This document shows, in pieces, positions 8,496 to 19,996 of a DNA stretch of 46,814 nucleotides. Under the pieces are notes generated by a model that saw only the letters and a program-made list of their open reading frames with translations, was not told where the DNA came from and did no database searches. Origin of the DNA: Candidatus Puniceispirillaceae bacterium (GTDB lineage: Bacteria > Pseudomonadota > Alphaproteobacteria > Puniceispirillales > Puniceispirillaceae); contig CBFHRT010000001.1 of the NCBI GenBank assembly GCA_965658285.1, positions 1 through 46,814 of the forward strand. Reading direction: 5' to 3'. How positions within the stretch are numbered: position 1 is the stretch's first letter; each line of letters opens with the position of its first letter. Both the position numbers and the translations under genes were made by a program.

Positions 8496-10756
8496 CGAAG
8501 CGCCTCATAGGCGGCGAGAGCAGCTGCCTGAACAAGGTCGTTCACCGAGGCGCCCATCTGCACGATCTGGAAGGGTTTTTCGGCACCAAGCATGATCGGG
8601 CCGACAACCGACCCTTCGGTCAGGTTCTGGATCAGCTCGAACGAGATGTTCGCCGAATGCAGCCCCGGCATCACCAGGATATTCGCCGGCCCGGACAGGC
8701 GGCAGAACGGGTAGCGCTGCTTCATCAGCTCGTAATCCAGCGCGACATCGGCTGACATTTCGCCATCATATTCGAAATCGGGCTGGCGCTGGTCGAGGAT
8801 CTCGATGGCGCGGCGCGCCTCGATGGTGATGTCGGAATACGGATTTCCGAAAGTCGTGAAGGACAGCACGGCGACGCGTGGCGTGTGGCCCATCTGCCGG
8901 GCCTTCGCGGCAATGGCCTCGGCAATATCGGCGATCTTCTCGCCATCCGGGCGCTCATGCACCGAGACATCACCGATGAACACGGTGCGCCCCCGCGACA
9001 CGATCATCGAGGTGGCCAGAAACGTCTTGCCCTCGCGCGGCGAGATCACCCGCGTGACATGGTTGAAGCTTGGCATGAAGGACCTGGTGACGCCGGTGAC
9101 CATCGCATCGGCATGGCCCTTCAGCACCATACAGGCACAGAAGACATTGCGGTCGAGATTGACCATGCGCTGGCAGTCGCGGCGCAACGCGCCCTTGCGC
9201 TGCAGCTTGTCATAGAGGAAATCGATATAATCCTCATTATGGTCCGACACCTTGGCGTTGGTGATCGGCAGATCCTCGGCACCTTCAAGGCCGAGGCGCT
9301 CAATCGTCTCGCGAATCCGGTGCTCACGCCCGACAAGGATCGGATCGCCATAGCCGGCATTGCGAAAGGCCAGCGCGGCGCGGATCACCTTCTCCTCCTC
9401 GCCTTCGGCAAAGACCACCCGCTTGCGGTTGGCGCTGATGCGCTCAAAGATCACCTGCAATGTCGAGGCTGTGGGATCGATCCGGGCTGACAGCTCGCGG
9501 CGATATTTCGCCAGATCCTTGATTGGTTTGCGCGCCACGCCAGTTTTCATGGCGGCTTCGGCGACAGCCCCGGATACGGCCGAGATGAGGCGCGGATCGA
9601 ACGGTGCCGGGATGATATATTCATTGCCATATTGCAGCATCTGCCCGCCATAGGCCTCGGCGACGGCGTCGGGAACATCCTCGCGGGCCAGCATCGCGAT
9701 CGCCTCGGCGGCGGCGATCTTCATCTCCTCATTGATCTTGCTGGCCCGCACATCGAGCGCGCCGCGGAAGATATAGGGAAAGCCAAGGACATTGTTGACC
9801 TGATTCGGATAGTCGGACCGGCCGGTGGCGATGATGGCATCGGGCCGGACCTTCTTGGCCTCTTCCGGCATGATCTCGGGAACAGGGTTGGCCATGGCGA
9901 AGATGATCGGACGGTCGGCCATCGACTGGACCATCTTCGGGCTCAGCGCGCCGGCGACCGACAGACCGAGGAATATATCGGCCCCGACAAGCGCATCCTC
10001 GAGTGTCCGCGCGTCGGTCGGCACCGCATGCGCCGACTTCCACTGGTTCATCGATTCCTCGCGGCCCTGATAGATCACGCCGGTGCGGTCAACCAGCGTC
10101 ACATTCTCATGCGGCACGCCCATCGTCTTGATCAGCTCGACACAGGCAATCGACGCCGCGCCGGCGCCGTTCGAGACAACCTTGATATCCTTCATCTCGC
10201 GGCCGGTGATGTGAAGCGCGTTGATCAGACCGGCGGCGGCGATGATGGCGGTGCCGTGCTGATCATCGTGAAACACCGGGATCTCGAGACGTTCGCGGAG
10301 CTGCTGTTCAATGATGAAACATTCCGGCGACTTGATGTCTTCAAGATTGATGCCGCCAAAACTCGGCGCCAGCATGGCCACCGCCTCGACGAACTTGTCG
10401 GTGTCCCTGGTGTCAACCTCGAGGTCGAGTCCGTCGATATCGGCGAATTTCTTGAACAGGACCGCTTTGCCTTCCATCACCGGCTTTGAGGCGGCGGCCC
10501 CGATATCGCCAAGGCCAAGTACCGCGGTGCCGTTCGAAATGACGGCAATCAGATTGCCCTTGGCGGTGTAATCATAGGCGGTGTCGGGATCGGCCTCGAT
10601 GGCAAGGCACGGCGCGGCCACCCCCGGCGAATAGGCCAGCGACAGGTCGTGCTGGCTCATCAGCGGCTTGGTGGCCGTGATCTCGAGTTTGCCGGGACGC
10701 CCGTTGGCGTGGTAGCTGAGGGCTTCCTGGTCAAGCTTTGACTTTTTTCTGCTCAT
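8492..10756 (-). CDS. maeB: NAD(P)-dependent malic enzyme fused to a phosphotransacetylase-like domain
   Basis: [49 protein letters not shown]; C-terminal PTA domain ([12 protein letters not shown]). Confidence 0.95.
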   Translation of the reverse strand: MSRKKSKLDQEALSYHANGRPGKLEITATKPLMSQHDLSLAYSPGVAAPCLAIEADPDTAYDYTAKGNLIAVISNGTAVLGLGDIGAAASKPVMEGKAVLFKKFADIDGLDLEVDTRDTDKFVEAVAMLAPSFGGINLEDIKSPECFIIEQQLRERLEIPVFHDDQHGTAIIAAAGLINALHITGREMKDIKVVSNGAGAASIACVELIKTMGVPHENVTLVDRTGVIYQGREESMNQWKSAHAVPTDARTLEDALVGADIFLGLSVAGALSPKMVQSMADRPIIFAMANPVPEIMPEEAKKVRPDAIIATGRSDYPNQVNNVLGFPYIFRGALDVRASKINEEMKIAAAEAIAMLAREDVPDAVAEAYGGQMLQYGNEYIIPAPFDPRLISAVSGAVAEAAMKTGVARKPIKDLAKYRRELSARIDPTASTLQVIFERISANRKRVVFAEGEEEKVIRAALAFRNAGYGDPILVGREHRIRETIERLGLEGAEDLPITNAKVSDHNEDYIDFLYDKLQRKGALRRDCQRMVNLDRNVFCACMVLKGHADAMVTGVTRSFMPSFNHVTRVISPREGKTFLATSMIVSRGRTVFIGDVSVHERPDGEKIADIAEAIAAKARQMGHTPRVAVLSFTTFGNPYSDITIEARRAIEILDQRQPDFEYDGEMSADVALDYELMKQRYPFCRLSGPANILVMPGLHSANISFELIQNLTEGSVVGPIMLGAEKPFQIVQMGASVNDLVQAAALAAYEALR

Positions 10757-10895
10757 GACACCGGTTATCTATTCTGTGTGGTTGGTGTTGACCCTTGGTC
10801 TGGAATTGTGACGGGCCGAGCGCCGCACGCGATTTGCGGTATAACATCACGAGTCTCGGGCACGATCATGGAGTTGGAGGAACCAAGGGATAACA

Positions 10896-13577
10896 ATGAC
10901 GTCGCCAATAACAGCACCTGACCCGGCAAAAGTAAAGTCGCCGACCCCGATGATTGCGCAGTATATGCGTGTCAAGGAATCGCACCCTGACGCGCTGCTG
11001 TTCTACCGGATGGGCGATTTCTACGAAATGTTCTTCGAGGATGCCGAGATCGGCGCGGCGGCGCTTGGCATCACCCTGACGAAACGCGGCAAGAGCGATG
11101 GTGGTGATATCCCGATGTGCGGCGTGCCGGTGCATTCGGTGGACGGGTATCTTGCCAGATTGATCGGTGCCGGTCACAGGGTGGCGATCTGCGAGCAGGT
11201 CGAGGATCCGGCAACGCAGAAACAGCGTGGCGGCAAGGGGCCGCTGAAGCGCGAGGTGATCCGTATCCTGACCCCAGGCACCCTGACCGAGGATGATCTG
11301 CTACCGCCGCGGGCGCATAATTATCTGGCGGCGCTTGGCCGGGCTGGTGATGCCATGGCGGTGGCCTGGGCCGACATGTCGACGGGTGATTTCGCCGTTC
11401 AGGAAGTGTCGGCGGCGCGTCTTGAAGGTGTGCTGGCCATGCTGGCCCCGGCGGAACTTGTGGTCCCGAACGGGGTCGATCTGCCGGAGGGCATTGCCGC
11501 GCTGGGCCCCTGCCTGACTGAACAGGCGCCGTCGCTGTTCGATTCCGCTGGCGGTACGCGCGCTCTGTGCAGCTATTACGGTGTCGCAAGTCTTGATGGT
11601 TTTGGCCAGTTCTCACGCGCCATGAGCGCCGCCGCCGGCGCGCTTCTCGGCTATATCGAGCTGACGCAGAAGGGCAACATGCCCCGGCTCAGACCGATTC
11701 AGGCCATCACCGGGTCGGGCTATATGGAGATCGACCAGGCCACCCGCCGGTCGCTTGAAATCACCCGCACATTGTCGGGCGAGGTCAAGGGCAGCCTGCT
11801 GGCGGCGATCGATGCAACCGTAACCTCGGCGGGTGGTCGGCTTCTGGCGGGACGGATCGGCGCGCCTCTGGCATCGCGCGACGCCATCATCGGCCGGCTT
11901 GATCTTGTCAGCTGGTATCATGACCGGCCGGCGCTGTGTGACGAGCTTCGCGGCATGATGAAGGGTCAGCCGGATATCGACCGCGCGCTGTCGCGCCTGT
12001 CGATGGGACATGGCGGGCCGCGCGATCTGCAGGCGCTGTCACAGGCGCTGACCATAGCCTCTGATCTTGTCGGGACGGCGACACGGGCGCATGCCATCGG
12101 CGACCTGGCCGCGCTCGCGGCGCTTCATGAGGCTGTCATGGCACCGGTGAAACTGGCCTCCGAACTGGCGCCGGCACTGGCTGACGAGCTGCCGCTTCTG
12201 GCCCGTGACGGCGGTTTCGTGAGAAGCGGATTTGACCCCTCTCTTGATGAGCTTTGCGCGCTTCGTGATGAAAGCCGCCGCCTGATCGCCGCGCTGCAGC
12301 ATCGATATTGCGAGGCCACCGGCATCGCCTCGCTGAAGGTCAAACACAATAATGTCCTTGGCTATCATGTCGATGTCCGCAGCGCGCATGCCGAAAAACT
12401 GATGCAGGATGAGAATTTCATCCATCGCCAGACGACAGCGCAGACAGTGCGGTTCACCACCACCGAGCTTGCCGAGCTTGAGCGCGACTTGTCGACTGCG
12501 GCCGACCGGGCGCTGGCGCGGGAGCTTGAAATCTTCGAGAGCCTGCGGACAAAGGCGCTTGCTGAGGCGGATCAGCTTGCCGGTGCAGCCCGCGCGCTGG
12601 CAGCGATCGATGTGGCGATGGCGTCGGCGGCGCTGGCGCTGAAGCGGGATTTCTGCAGGCCCGAAATCCGCGATGATCTGAGTTTCGAGATTGTGCGGGG
12701 CCGGCATCCGGTGATCGAAACCATGCTGGCTGGAGGTGACAATTTCATCCCGAATGATTGCGGGCTTGGTGATGCGGGCGAGATCTGGCTTGTCACCGGC
12801 CCCAACATGGCCGGCAAATCAACCTTTTTAAGGCAGAATGCCCATATCGCGATCATGGCGCAGGCCGGCCTGTTCGTGCCGGCCGAAACAGCGGCAATCG
12901 GCATTATCGACAGGATTTTCAGCCGTGTCGGCGCGGCCGATGATCTGGCGCGCGGCCGATCCACCTTCATGGTCGAGATGGTCGAGACGGCGGCGATCCT
13001 GAACCGGGCCACCGAACGGTCCTTTGTCATTCTTGATGAAATCGGGCGCGGCACCGCCACCTATGACGGGCTGGCCATCGCCTGGGCGGCGCTGGAGCAT
13101 CTTCACCAGACCAATCGCTGCCGCACATTGTTCGCAACACATTATCATGAGCTGACCAATCTGCGGCAAGATCTTGAAAGACTGTCATGCCATTCGATGA
13201 AAGTGCGCGAATGGCAGGGTGACATCATCTTCCTGCATCAGGTGATCGATGGCGCGGCCGACCGGTCATACGGTGTCCATGTGGCGCGGCTTGCCGGCCT
13301 GCCACCGGCCGTCATCGCACGTGCGCAGAGCTTGCTTGCCGAAATGGAGTCAGGCGGGCATGGGGTTATCGATGCCGAACGGCTTGCCGCCGAATTGCCG
13401 CTGTTCACCCAGGATTTCGGGGCCACACCACCGCCGGTCGCTGACCCGGTGCGAAGCCGGGTCGAGGCCATCAACCCGGATACGCTGGCGCCGCGCGAGG
13501 CATTGGAGCTATTATACGAGCTTCGCGACCTTCTCAACGCACCAGCGGACACTACCAGCGATGATACGAATGGGTGA
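10896..13577 (+). CDS. mutS: DNA mismatch repair protein MutS
   Basis: FYRMGDFYEMF, TPGT, TGPNMAGKST, GRSTFMVEM, DEIGRGT, FATHYHEL, SYG. Confidence 0.98.
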   Translation: MTSPITAPDPAKVKSPTPMIAQYMRVKESHPDALLFYRMGDFYEMFFEDAEIGAAALGITLTKRGKSDGGDIPMCGVPVHSVDGYLARLIGAGHRVAICEQVEDPATQKQRGGKGPLKREVIRILTPGTLTEDDLLPPRAHNYLAALGRAGDAMAVAWADMSTGDFAVQEVSAARLEGVLAMLAPAELVVPNGVDLPEGIAALGPCLTEQAPSLFDSAGGTRALCSYYGVASLDGFGQFSRAMSAAAGALLGYIELTQKGNMPRLRPIQAITGSGYMEIDQATRRSLEITRTLSGEVKGSLLAAIDATVTSAGGRLLAGRIGAPLASRDAIIGRLDLVSWYHDRPALCDELRGMMKGQPDIDRALSRLSMGHGGPRDLQALSQALTIASDLVGTATRAHAIGDLAALAALHEAVMAPVKLASELAPALADELPLLARDGGFVRSGFDPSLDELCALRDESRRLIAALQHRYCEATGIASLKVKHNNVLGYHVDVRSAHAEKLMQDENFIHRQTTAQTVRFTTTELAELERDLSTAADRALARELEIFESLRTKALAEADQLAGAARALAAIDVAMASAALALKRDFCRPEIRDDLSFEIVRGRHPVIETMLAGGDNFIPNDCGLGDAGEIWLVTGPNMAGKSTFLRQNAHIAIMAQAGLFVPAETAAIGIIDRIFSRVGAADDLARGRSTFMVEMVETAAILNRATERSFVILDEIGRGTATYDGLAIAWAALEHLHQTNRCRTLFATHYHELTNLRQDLERLSCHSMKVREWQGDIIFLHQVIDGAADRSYGVHVARLAGLPPAVIARAQSLLAEMESGGHGVIDAERLAAELPLFTQDFGATPPPVADPVRSRVEAINPDTLAPREALELLYELRDLLNAPADTTSDDTNG

Positions 13578-13583
13578 CGGGGC

Positions 13584-16379
13584 ATGAGGCCCAATGCCAA
13601 CATGGCCCCGGGCGCCGGCAGCAGCCAGATCAAGCAGTGGCGGCGCTGGATCCAGCCGCTGGAAGCGGCGCTTGCCGACGGTATGCCGCCACTTGACGAT
13701 GCTGACCTGCGGCGGGTGGCAGACGATCTGAAAACGGCGGCTGACAGGACCTTCCGGGCAGCGTTGCTGGAGTCGGCAAGGGCGGCGCATGCGGCGATGA
13801 AAACAAGGCTTGCCGACGAGCTGGCGGCCGGGCGTGATGGCGCGGTCTATGTCGGTCGCCACTCGCTTGGCATGGATCATCTTCTGGCGAGCCTTCTCGA
13901 CATTCTTGTACAGCGCCATCGGGCGGGCGGTGTCGCACTTGTCGCCGTTGGTGGCTATGGCCGCGGCGAGCTGGCACCGAATTCCGACATCGACCTTCTG
14001 TTCCTGACCGCGCGGGATAATGACCCTGACGCCGATATTGTCGTCGAGGCGCTGCTCTATCTGCTGTGGGATTTGGGTCTCAAGGTCGGCCATGCGAAAC
14101 GCACGGTGACGGATACGATCCGTGCCTCGCGCGAGGACCAGACGATCCTGACCGGGCTTCTGGAGATGCGGTTCGTGGCTGGTGACAGGCCGCTGGCAGG
14201 TAAGCTCGACAGAGCGTTCCGGCGCGAGGTGGCGCGGCTGAAACCGGTTGATTTCGTCGATGCCAAGCTTCAGGAGCGGGACCAGCGGCATGACCGGCAC
14301 GGTGCCACGCGCTATGTCGTTGAACCCAATATCAAGGAAGGCAAGGGCGGGCTTCGCGATCTTCACACGCTGTTCTGGATAGCGAAATTCGCCTATCGCG
14401 CCGACAGCATCATCGACATTGTCGACAAGGGCATTCTGCGCGAAAGCGAGGCGCGCCGCTTTGCCGCCGCGCAGCGATTTCTGTGGACCGTCAGATGCCA
14501 TCTTCATCTCCGCTCCGACCGGCCCGAGGAGAGGCTGGATTTCGACGCCCAGATGGCGATCGCCCCGCTGATGGGGTTCGCCTCGCGTGGCGGCTTGCGC
14601 GATGTCGAACGTTTCATGAAGCGGTATTACCTGGCGGCGCGCGATGTCGGAAGCCTGACCCGCATCATCTGCGCGGCGATGGAAACCGATTTCCGCAAGC
14701 GCCGCCTTGGCTGGGCCGAGGAATTCCGCGGCCGTCAGGATTTCGGGCATTTCCGCATCCGCTCTGGCAGGATCAATCTTGATCCCGAGCTGATGTTCCG
14801 TGAGGCGCCGCTGCGGATGCTGGAGATTTTCCATCTGGCGCTGGAGCAGAATGCCGATATCCACCCGCAGGCGCTGCAGCGGATCACGCGTGGCCTGCCC
14901 GCGCTTGGCGATGCGACACGGGATGATCCGCGGGCGGCCGAGGAATTTCTTGCCATCCTGACATCGAAACACAATCCCGAACGCGTGCTGCGCCTGATGA
15001 ATGAAAGCGGCGTTCTTGGGCGCTTCCTGCCTGATTTCGGCAAGATCGTCGCGATGATGCAGTTCGACATGTATCACAGCTATACCGTCGATGAGCACAC
15101 CATCCAGGTGATCGGCATCCTCCACCAGATCGAGAGTGGCGGCCTGATCAAGACGGCGCCGGTGGCAACCGCGGTGATGCCGGAGATCGAATCGCGGCGC
15201 GCGCTGTTTGTGGCGGCACTTCTTCATGACATCGCCAAGGGTCGTGACGGCGACCATTCCGAGCTTGGCGCCGAACTGGCGCTCGAGATCTGCCCGCGGC
15301 TCGGCCTGACCCCGGAGGAAACCGAAACGGTGAGCTGGCTGGTGCGCCATCATCTGCTGATGAGCAAGATTGCTTTCCGTTATGATCTGAACGACCCGAA
15401 GACGATTGATGATTTTACCGCCATCGTGCAGTCACCGGAACGTCTGAAGCTGTTGCTGGTGCTGACCGTGGCCGATATCCGCGGCGTCGGGCCCACCATC
15501 TGGAACGGCTGGAAGGCGGCGTTGATGCGCGATCTCTATTATCAGAGCGATGCCGTGCTTCGCGGTGCCGATGCCAGTGTGATCGCCGCCAGCAGCGCCG
15601 AGGAGGCGCGTGAGGCGGCGCGGGCCTGCCTGCCGGCGTGGTCGGATGAGGATTTTGCCGCCCATGCGGCACGCCTGCCACGCAATTACTGGACCGGATT
15701 CGACACCGACATGCATGTCAGGCATGCCGAGCTGAGCCACAGTTTCCGCGCCCTCGACGTGCCGCTGCTGGTTGATTTCCGGCAGGTGGCGGATCGCAAG
15801 GTGACCGAACTGACACTGCTGACCGTTGATGATGCCGGGCTGTTCTCGCGCGTTGCCGGCGCGGTGGCGGGACATGGCATCAACATCATCGGCGCGCGCA
15901 TCACGACCTGCACCGATGGCACGGTCCTCGATGTGTTCCAGCTACAGACGACGAAGAATGAACTTGTCGAGGATACGCGGCTTATCGGGCGGCTGAAGGA
16001 CAGCATCGATTCCGCCGTCACCGGGACTTTACGCCCACAGGCGGCACTTCGCGAACGGTGGCAGAGCCTGCCGGCGCGGGTGCGGCGCCTGCCGGTACCA
16101 TCGCGGGTGATCCTCTCGAACAGGATCAGTTCCACCCACACCGTCATCGAGATCAACGGCCGGGACTTTCCGGGATTGCTTCACCGGCTGACGCAGACGC
16201 TTGCCGATCTTGGCCTGCAGATCCAGACGGCCACCGTGTCGACCTATGGCGAGCGAGTTGTCGATGTCTTCTATGTAAAGGATCTGTTCGGGCTGCAGAT
16301 TCACAACCAGGCGCGTCTCGACACCATCCGGGACCGGTTGCTGGCAGTGTTCGACCAGCTTGACGAAGCCGCCGCATGA
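13584..16379 (+). CDS. glnD: PII uridylyltransferase/uridylyl-removing enzyme
   Basis: AVGGYGRGELAPNSDIDL, EPNIKEGKGGLRD, MQFDMYHSYTVDEH, HD motif LLHDIAKG, two C-terminal ACT domains. Confidence 0.97.
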   Translation: MRPNANMAPGAGSSQIKQWRRWIQPLEAALADGMPPLDDADLRRVADDLKTAADRTFRAALLESARAAHAAMKTRLADELAAGRDGAVYVGRHSLGMDHLLASLLDILVQRHRAGGVALVAVGGYGRGELAPNSDIDLLFLTARDNDPDADIVVEALLYLLWDLGLKVGHAKRTVTDTIRASREDQTILTGLLEMRFVAGDRPLAGKLDRAFRREVARLKPVDFVDAKLQERDQRHDRHGATRYVVEPNIKEGKGGLRDLHTLFWIAKFAYRADSIIDIVDKGILRESEARRFAAAQRFLWTVRCHLHLRSDRPEERLDFDAQMAIAPLMGFASRGGLRDVERFMKRYYLAARDVGSLTRIICAAMETDFRKRRLGWAEEFRGRQDFGHFRIRSGRINLDPELMFREAPLRMLEIFHLALEQNADIHPQALQRITRGLPALGDATRDDPRAAEEFLAILTSKHNPERVLRLMNESGVLGRFLPDFGKIVAMMQFDMYHSYTVDEHTIQVIGILHQIESGGLIKTAPVATAVMPEIESRRALFVAALLHDIAKGRDGDHSELGAELALEICPRLGLTPEETETVSWLVRHHLLMSKIAFRYDLNDPKTIDDFTAIVQSPERLKLLLVLTVADIRGVGPTIWNGWKAALMRDLYYQSDAVLRGADASVIAASSAEEAREAARACLPAWSDEDFAAHAARLPRNYWTGFDTDMHVRHAELSHSFRALDVPLLVDFRQVADRKVTELTLLTVDDAGLFSRVAGAVAGHGINIIGARITTCTDGTVLDVFQLQTTKNELVEDTRLIGRLKDSIDSAVTGTLRPQAALRERWQSLPARVRRLPVPSRVILSNRISSTHTVIEINGRDFPGLLHRLTQTLADLGLQIQTATVSTYGERVVDVFYVKDLFGLQIHNQARLDTIRDRLLAVFDQLDEAAA

Positions 16380-17926
16380 GCGTGCAACCCCGGATGCAGC
16401 CATTGGCGCGCGCCTTCCGCCAGATCAGCGGGCTGACAGGTGTCAGCCGCCTTCTGGGATTTCTGCGGGACGTCACCTTTGCCGCCTTTCTTGGCGCCGG
16501 ACCGGCGGCCGACGCCTTTCTTGTCGCATTGAAACTGCCGAACATGTTTCGCCGGCTGACGGCCGAGGGCGCGATGGCGAATGCCTTTGTCCCGGCCTTC
16601 ACCACCAGCCGCCAGGAGGATGGCGAGACGGCGGCGATGGCGCTGGCCGGCGAGGTACAGACGACACTGATTGTCGTGCTTTGCCTTGTCGTGGGGCTTG
16701 CCGAGATTTTCATGCCGGCGGTGATTTCGGTGATCGCGCCGGGATTTGCCGACACGCCCGACAGGATGGCCGCCGCGATCGCGCTTGGCCGTGTTACTTT
16801 TCCCTATCTTCCGCTGATTTCACTTGTTGCCTTCTGGGCCGCAATCGCCAATGCCAGTCAGCGTTTCCTGGTGGCGGCGGCGATGCCGGTGATTTTCAAT
16901 CTCTGTCTGATCGGCGGGGCGCTGATAATCCCGGTGGCCACCGGCTGGCTGGCAGTCGAACGCGCGATGCCGCTGGCGGTGGCATTGCTTGGCGCCGGGG
17001 TTCTGCAGCTTGCCGTGATGGCGATGTTGCTGCGGCGTCACCGGATCATGCCGGCCTGGCGGGTGCCGCGATTCGGCCAGACCGCCCGCGCGATGTGGCG
17101 GCAGTTCGGCGTTGCCTCGGCAGGTGCGGTGGTGATGCAGGTCAATCTGATCATCGATCTTGTGCTGGCGTCATTGCTCACGGTGGGCGCTATTTCCTGG
17201 CTCTATTTCGCCGACCGGGTGGCCCAGCTGCCGCTGGGAATTTTTGGGATTGCGCTCGGCACCGCGCTTTTGCCGCGCCTGTCATCGCAGTTTCGCGCCG
17301 GCGATTCTGCCGCGGCACGGGCTTCACTTTCCGAGGCGCTGTTGTTTGCCGCCTTTCTGGTGATTCCGGCGACGGCCGCGCTGATCGCCATCGCGCCGCA
17401 GATTGTCGCCGGGCTGTTCCGCTATGGTGCCTTTACCGATGCCGATGCGGCGGCGGCGGCGGCGGCGCTGATGGCCTATGCCATCGGCATGCCGGCCCAT
17501 ATCATGGTGAAGATCCTGCAGCCCGCCTTTTACGCTACCGCGCGGCCAGGTTTCGTGCTGAAGGTATCGATCGCCGCCGTTATCACCAATCTGGCGCTGT
17601 CGCTGTCATTGATGCCTGTTCTCGGACATGTCGGGCTGGCGCTGGCCACATCGATATCCGGCATCGTGGCCGCCGGGGCGTTGGCGGCCAGGCTGGCGCG
17701 GGACCGGCAAATGGGCATTCCCGCCCCGATGGTCCTGGCCCGCATCTGTGGTGCGACGCTGGTCATGCTGGCGGTGCTTCTCGTCTTCCGTGCCTGGTTT
17801 GTGAGTTTGTTTTTCGCAGTGCCGGCGGTGATCCTGCTTGGTGTGCTGGTGACCGCTGGCGGCGGTGCCTATCTTGCGGTGGCTTTCGCGCTTCGCGCTG
17901 TCCCGCAGCAGCTGCTTCGCCGCTGA
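16376..17926 (+). CDS. murJ: Lipid II flippase MurJ (MviN)
   Basis: SRLLGFLRD, ADAF..A..LPN.FRRL.AEGA, ADRVAQLPLG; multi-TM; ATGA overlap with glnD. Confidence 0.95.
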   Translation: MSVQPRMQPLARAFRQISGLTGVSRLLGFLRDVTFAAFLGAGPAADAFLVALKLPNMFRRLTAEGAMANAFVPAFTTSRQEDGETAAMALAGEVQTTLIVVLCLVVGLAEIFMPAVISVIAPGFADTPDRMAAAIALGRVTFPYLPLISLVAFWAAIANASQRFLVAAAMPVIFNLCLIGGALIIPVATGWLAVERAMPLAVALLGAGVLQLAVMAMLLRRHRIMPAWRVPRFGQTARAMWRQFGVASAGAVVMQVNLIIDLVLASLLTVGAISWLYFADRVAQLPLGIFGIALGTALLPRLSSQFRAGDSAAARASLSEALLFAAFLVIPATAALIAIAPQIVAGLFRYGAFTDADAAAAAAALMAYAIGMPAHIMVKILQPAFYATARPGFVLKVSIAAVITNLALSLSLMPVLGHVGLALATSISGIVAAGALAARLARDRQMGIPAPMVLARICGATLVMLAVLLVFRAWFVSLFFAVPAVILLGVLVTAGGGAYLAVAFALRAVPQQLLRR

Positions 17927-17940
17927 CCGCCTGCTTGGGC

Positions 17941-17969
17941 TTGACCGCAACCGATGCTGCCATCATAAC
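17941..17969 (+). promoter_or_regulatory. Putative sigma70 promoter of trpS
   Basis: (C)TTGACC-N17-CATAAC in the murJ-trpS spacer. Confidence 0.5.
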
Positions 17970-18016
17970 GCAGGCTGATCTTTCAACAGCGCGGCTTCAG
18001 GGAACGCCATCCGATC

Positions 18017-19051
18017 ATGACGAGTGTTCAGCCCATGCCGGAAAACCGGATTTTCTCGGGCATCCAGCCGACCGGCAATCTGCATCTTGGCAATTATCTT
18101 GGTGCCATCCGCAACTGGGTGACGCTGCAGGACAGCTTCGAGTCGATCTATTGCGTTGTCGATCTGCACGCCATCACCGTGCCGCAGGACCCGCAGCAAC
18201 TTCGCCAGAGCACGCGCGAAGTGACGGCAAGCCTGATCGCCGCCGGCATTTCGCCGCAGCGCTCGATCCTGTTCAACCAGTCGCGGGTGCCGCAACATTC
18301 GCAGCTTGCCTGGGTCTTCAACTGCGTGGCGCGGCTTGGCTGGCTTAACCGGATGACACAGTTCAAGGAGAAGGCCGGGAAGAATCGCGAGAATGCGACG
18401 GTCGGGCTGTTCGCCTATCCGACCCTGATGGCGGCCGACATTCTCGCCTACCGGGCGACGCATGTTCCCGTCGGCGAGGACCAGAAGCAGCATCTGGAGC
18501 TGACCCGCGACATCGCGCAGTCCTTCAATGTGAATTATGGCGTCGAGTTCTTTCCGCTTCCCGAACCGCAGATCTTCGGCAGCGCCACGCGGGTGATGAG
18601 CCTTCGTGACGGCAGCTCGAAAATGAGCAAGTCGGAGACATCGGACAATTCACGGATCAACCTGACCGATGATGACGAGCTGATCGCGCAGAAGATCCGC
18701 AAGGCGAAAACCGACCCTGACGCCCTGCCATCAGAGGCGGATGGGCTCGAAGGCCGGCCGGAGGCGCAGAATCTCGTCGGAATCTATGCCGCCCTCGCCG
18801 ACAGTGATGTCGACACGGTGCTGCGGGAATTCGGGGGCCGCGGCTTTGGCGATTTCAAGCCGGCGCTGGCCGAGCTTGCCGTCGCGAAATTGTCCCCGAT
18901 GGGCCAGGAGATGCGCCGGCTGCTTGCCAATCCGGGTGATATCGATGCCGTCCTTGATGATGGGGCGGCGCGTGCCGAGGCCATCGCCGCGCCGATTATC
19001 GAGCAGGTCAACGAGATTGTCGGATTCCTCGGGCCGGCAGGCCGGCTCTGA
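18017..19051 (+). CDS. trpS: Tryptophanyl-tRNA synthetase
   Basis: [17 protein letters not shown] (HIGH), [25 protein letters not shown]. Confidence 0.97.
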   Translation: MTSVQPMPENRIFSGIQPTGNLHLGNYLGAIRNWVTLQDSFESIYCVVDLHAITVPQDPQQLRQSTREVTASLIAAGISPQRSILFNQSRVPQHSQLAWVFNCVARLGWLNRMTQFKEKAGKNRENATVGLFAYPTLMAADILAYRATHVPVGEDQKQHLELTRDIAQSFNVNYGVEFFPLPEPQIFGSATRVMSLRDGSSKMSKSETSDNSRINLTDDDELIAQKIRKAKTDPDALPSEADGLEGRPEAQNLVGIYAALADSDVDTVLREFGGRGFGDFKPALAELAVAKLSPMGQEMRRLLANPGDIDAVLDDGAARAEAIAAPIIEQVNEIVGFLGPAGRL

Positions 19052-19242
19052 TTCCACCGGCGATATCGACAGCGAACACAAATTTCCCACATTTCGACCA
19101 TTGAAATGTGCTATTCTCAATCGAATATGAAGTGCTTCTGACGACGACTCGGCAATGAGGTCCTGTGACGGTTTATCGGTAACGGTATATATGTGACGGC
19201 CCATCGTCGACGGGTTGATCAGGACACCAATCGACATTTTGC

Positions 19243-19274
19243 CGTGCGCTTACAGTAACGTGCGCTTACAGTAA
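19243..19274. repeat. Perfect 16-bp tandem duplication CGTGCGCTTACAGTAA x2
   Basis: Read directly: 19243-19258 and 19259-19274. Confidence 0.95.
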
Positions 19275-19390
19275 CACTGTGAGGGTGAAAATTCGGGAAT
19301 GTTGATTATGCTTCAGGATTTTGGCTCAGAATCATGACCCGGGCGGTGCCCGCCTGGCAGATGCCACAGGTGCAAAGAGGACAGACGGAC

Positions 19391-19945
19391 ATGTTTATTC
19401 AGACACAGGATACGCCGAACCCGGCAACCCTCAAATTCATTCCCGGTGTGCCGGTGATGGATAGTGGCACGGCCGATTATCCGGCCGCCGACAGCGCCGC
19501 CAATTCACCGCTGGCACGTCGTCTGTTCCAGGTTGACGGGGTCAAGGGGGTGTTTCTCGGCGGTGACTTTGTCGCCGTCACCAAGGAAGAGGCGCTCGAC
19601 TGGTTCGCGCTGAAGCCGTCGATTCTGGCTGGCATCATGGAGCATTACGCCTCTGGCATGCCGGTTGTCGAAAGGACCGAGTCCGGTGGTGACGTGGCGG
19701 ATGAAGACGAAGACGAGATCGTGACACAGATCAAGCAGCTTCTTGATACACGTGTCCGGCCCGCTGTTGCGATGGATGGCGGCGATATCGTTTTCCAGGG
19801 ATTTGATGACGGTGTCGTGACCCTGCAGATGCGGGGCGCCTGCCAGGGTTGCCCAAGCTCGACTGCAACCCTGAAAATGGGGATTGAAAACATGCTTCGG
19901 CATTATATCCCCGATGTTCGTGAGGTCCGCGCTGCGGATTTCTAG
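19391..19945 (+). CDS. nfuA: NifU/Nfu-family Fe-S cluster carrier
   Basis: MFIQTQDTPNPATLKF N-domain, VRPAVAMDGGDI, GACQGCPSS (CxxC); AGAGGA RBS. Confidence 0.9.
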   Translation: MFIQTQDTPNPATLKFIPGVPVMDSGTADYPAADSAANSPLARRLFQVDGVKGVFLGGDFVAVTKEEALDWFALKPSILAGIMEHYASGMPVVERTESGGDVADEDEDEIVTQIKQLLDTRVRPAVAMDGGDIVFQGFDDGVVTLQMRGACQGCPSSTATLKMGIENMLRHYIPDVREVRAADF

Positions 19946-19996
19946 ACGTCAACCGACGCCGGTGATCTCCCTTTGAATTTCATCAGTGGATGAGTC

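Noticed and set aside
13512-15353. Long antisense ORFs (613 aa here; also 34996-36243, 38844-40070, 41732-43225, 44909-46396) and the off-frame 16360-18348 ORF
   Set aside because: They shadow well-conserved genes, lack recognisable motifs and are expected from GC-rich codon bias.
18731-19237. 168-aa minus-strand ORF starting in the trpS-nfuA spacer
   Set aside because: About two thirds overlaps trpS antisense; no motif or clear RBS.
2888-19274. The three perfect short direct repeats as CRISPR remnants or target-site duplications
   Set aside because: Copies are directly adjacent with no spacers, the units are unrelated, and there are no cas, integrase or transposase genes.
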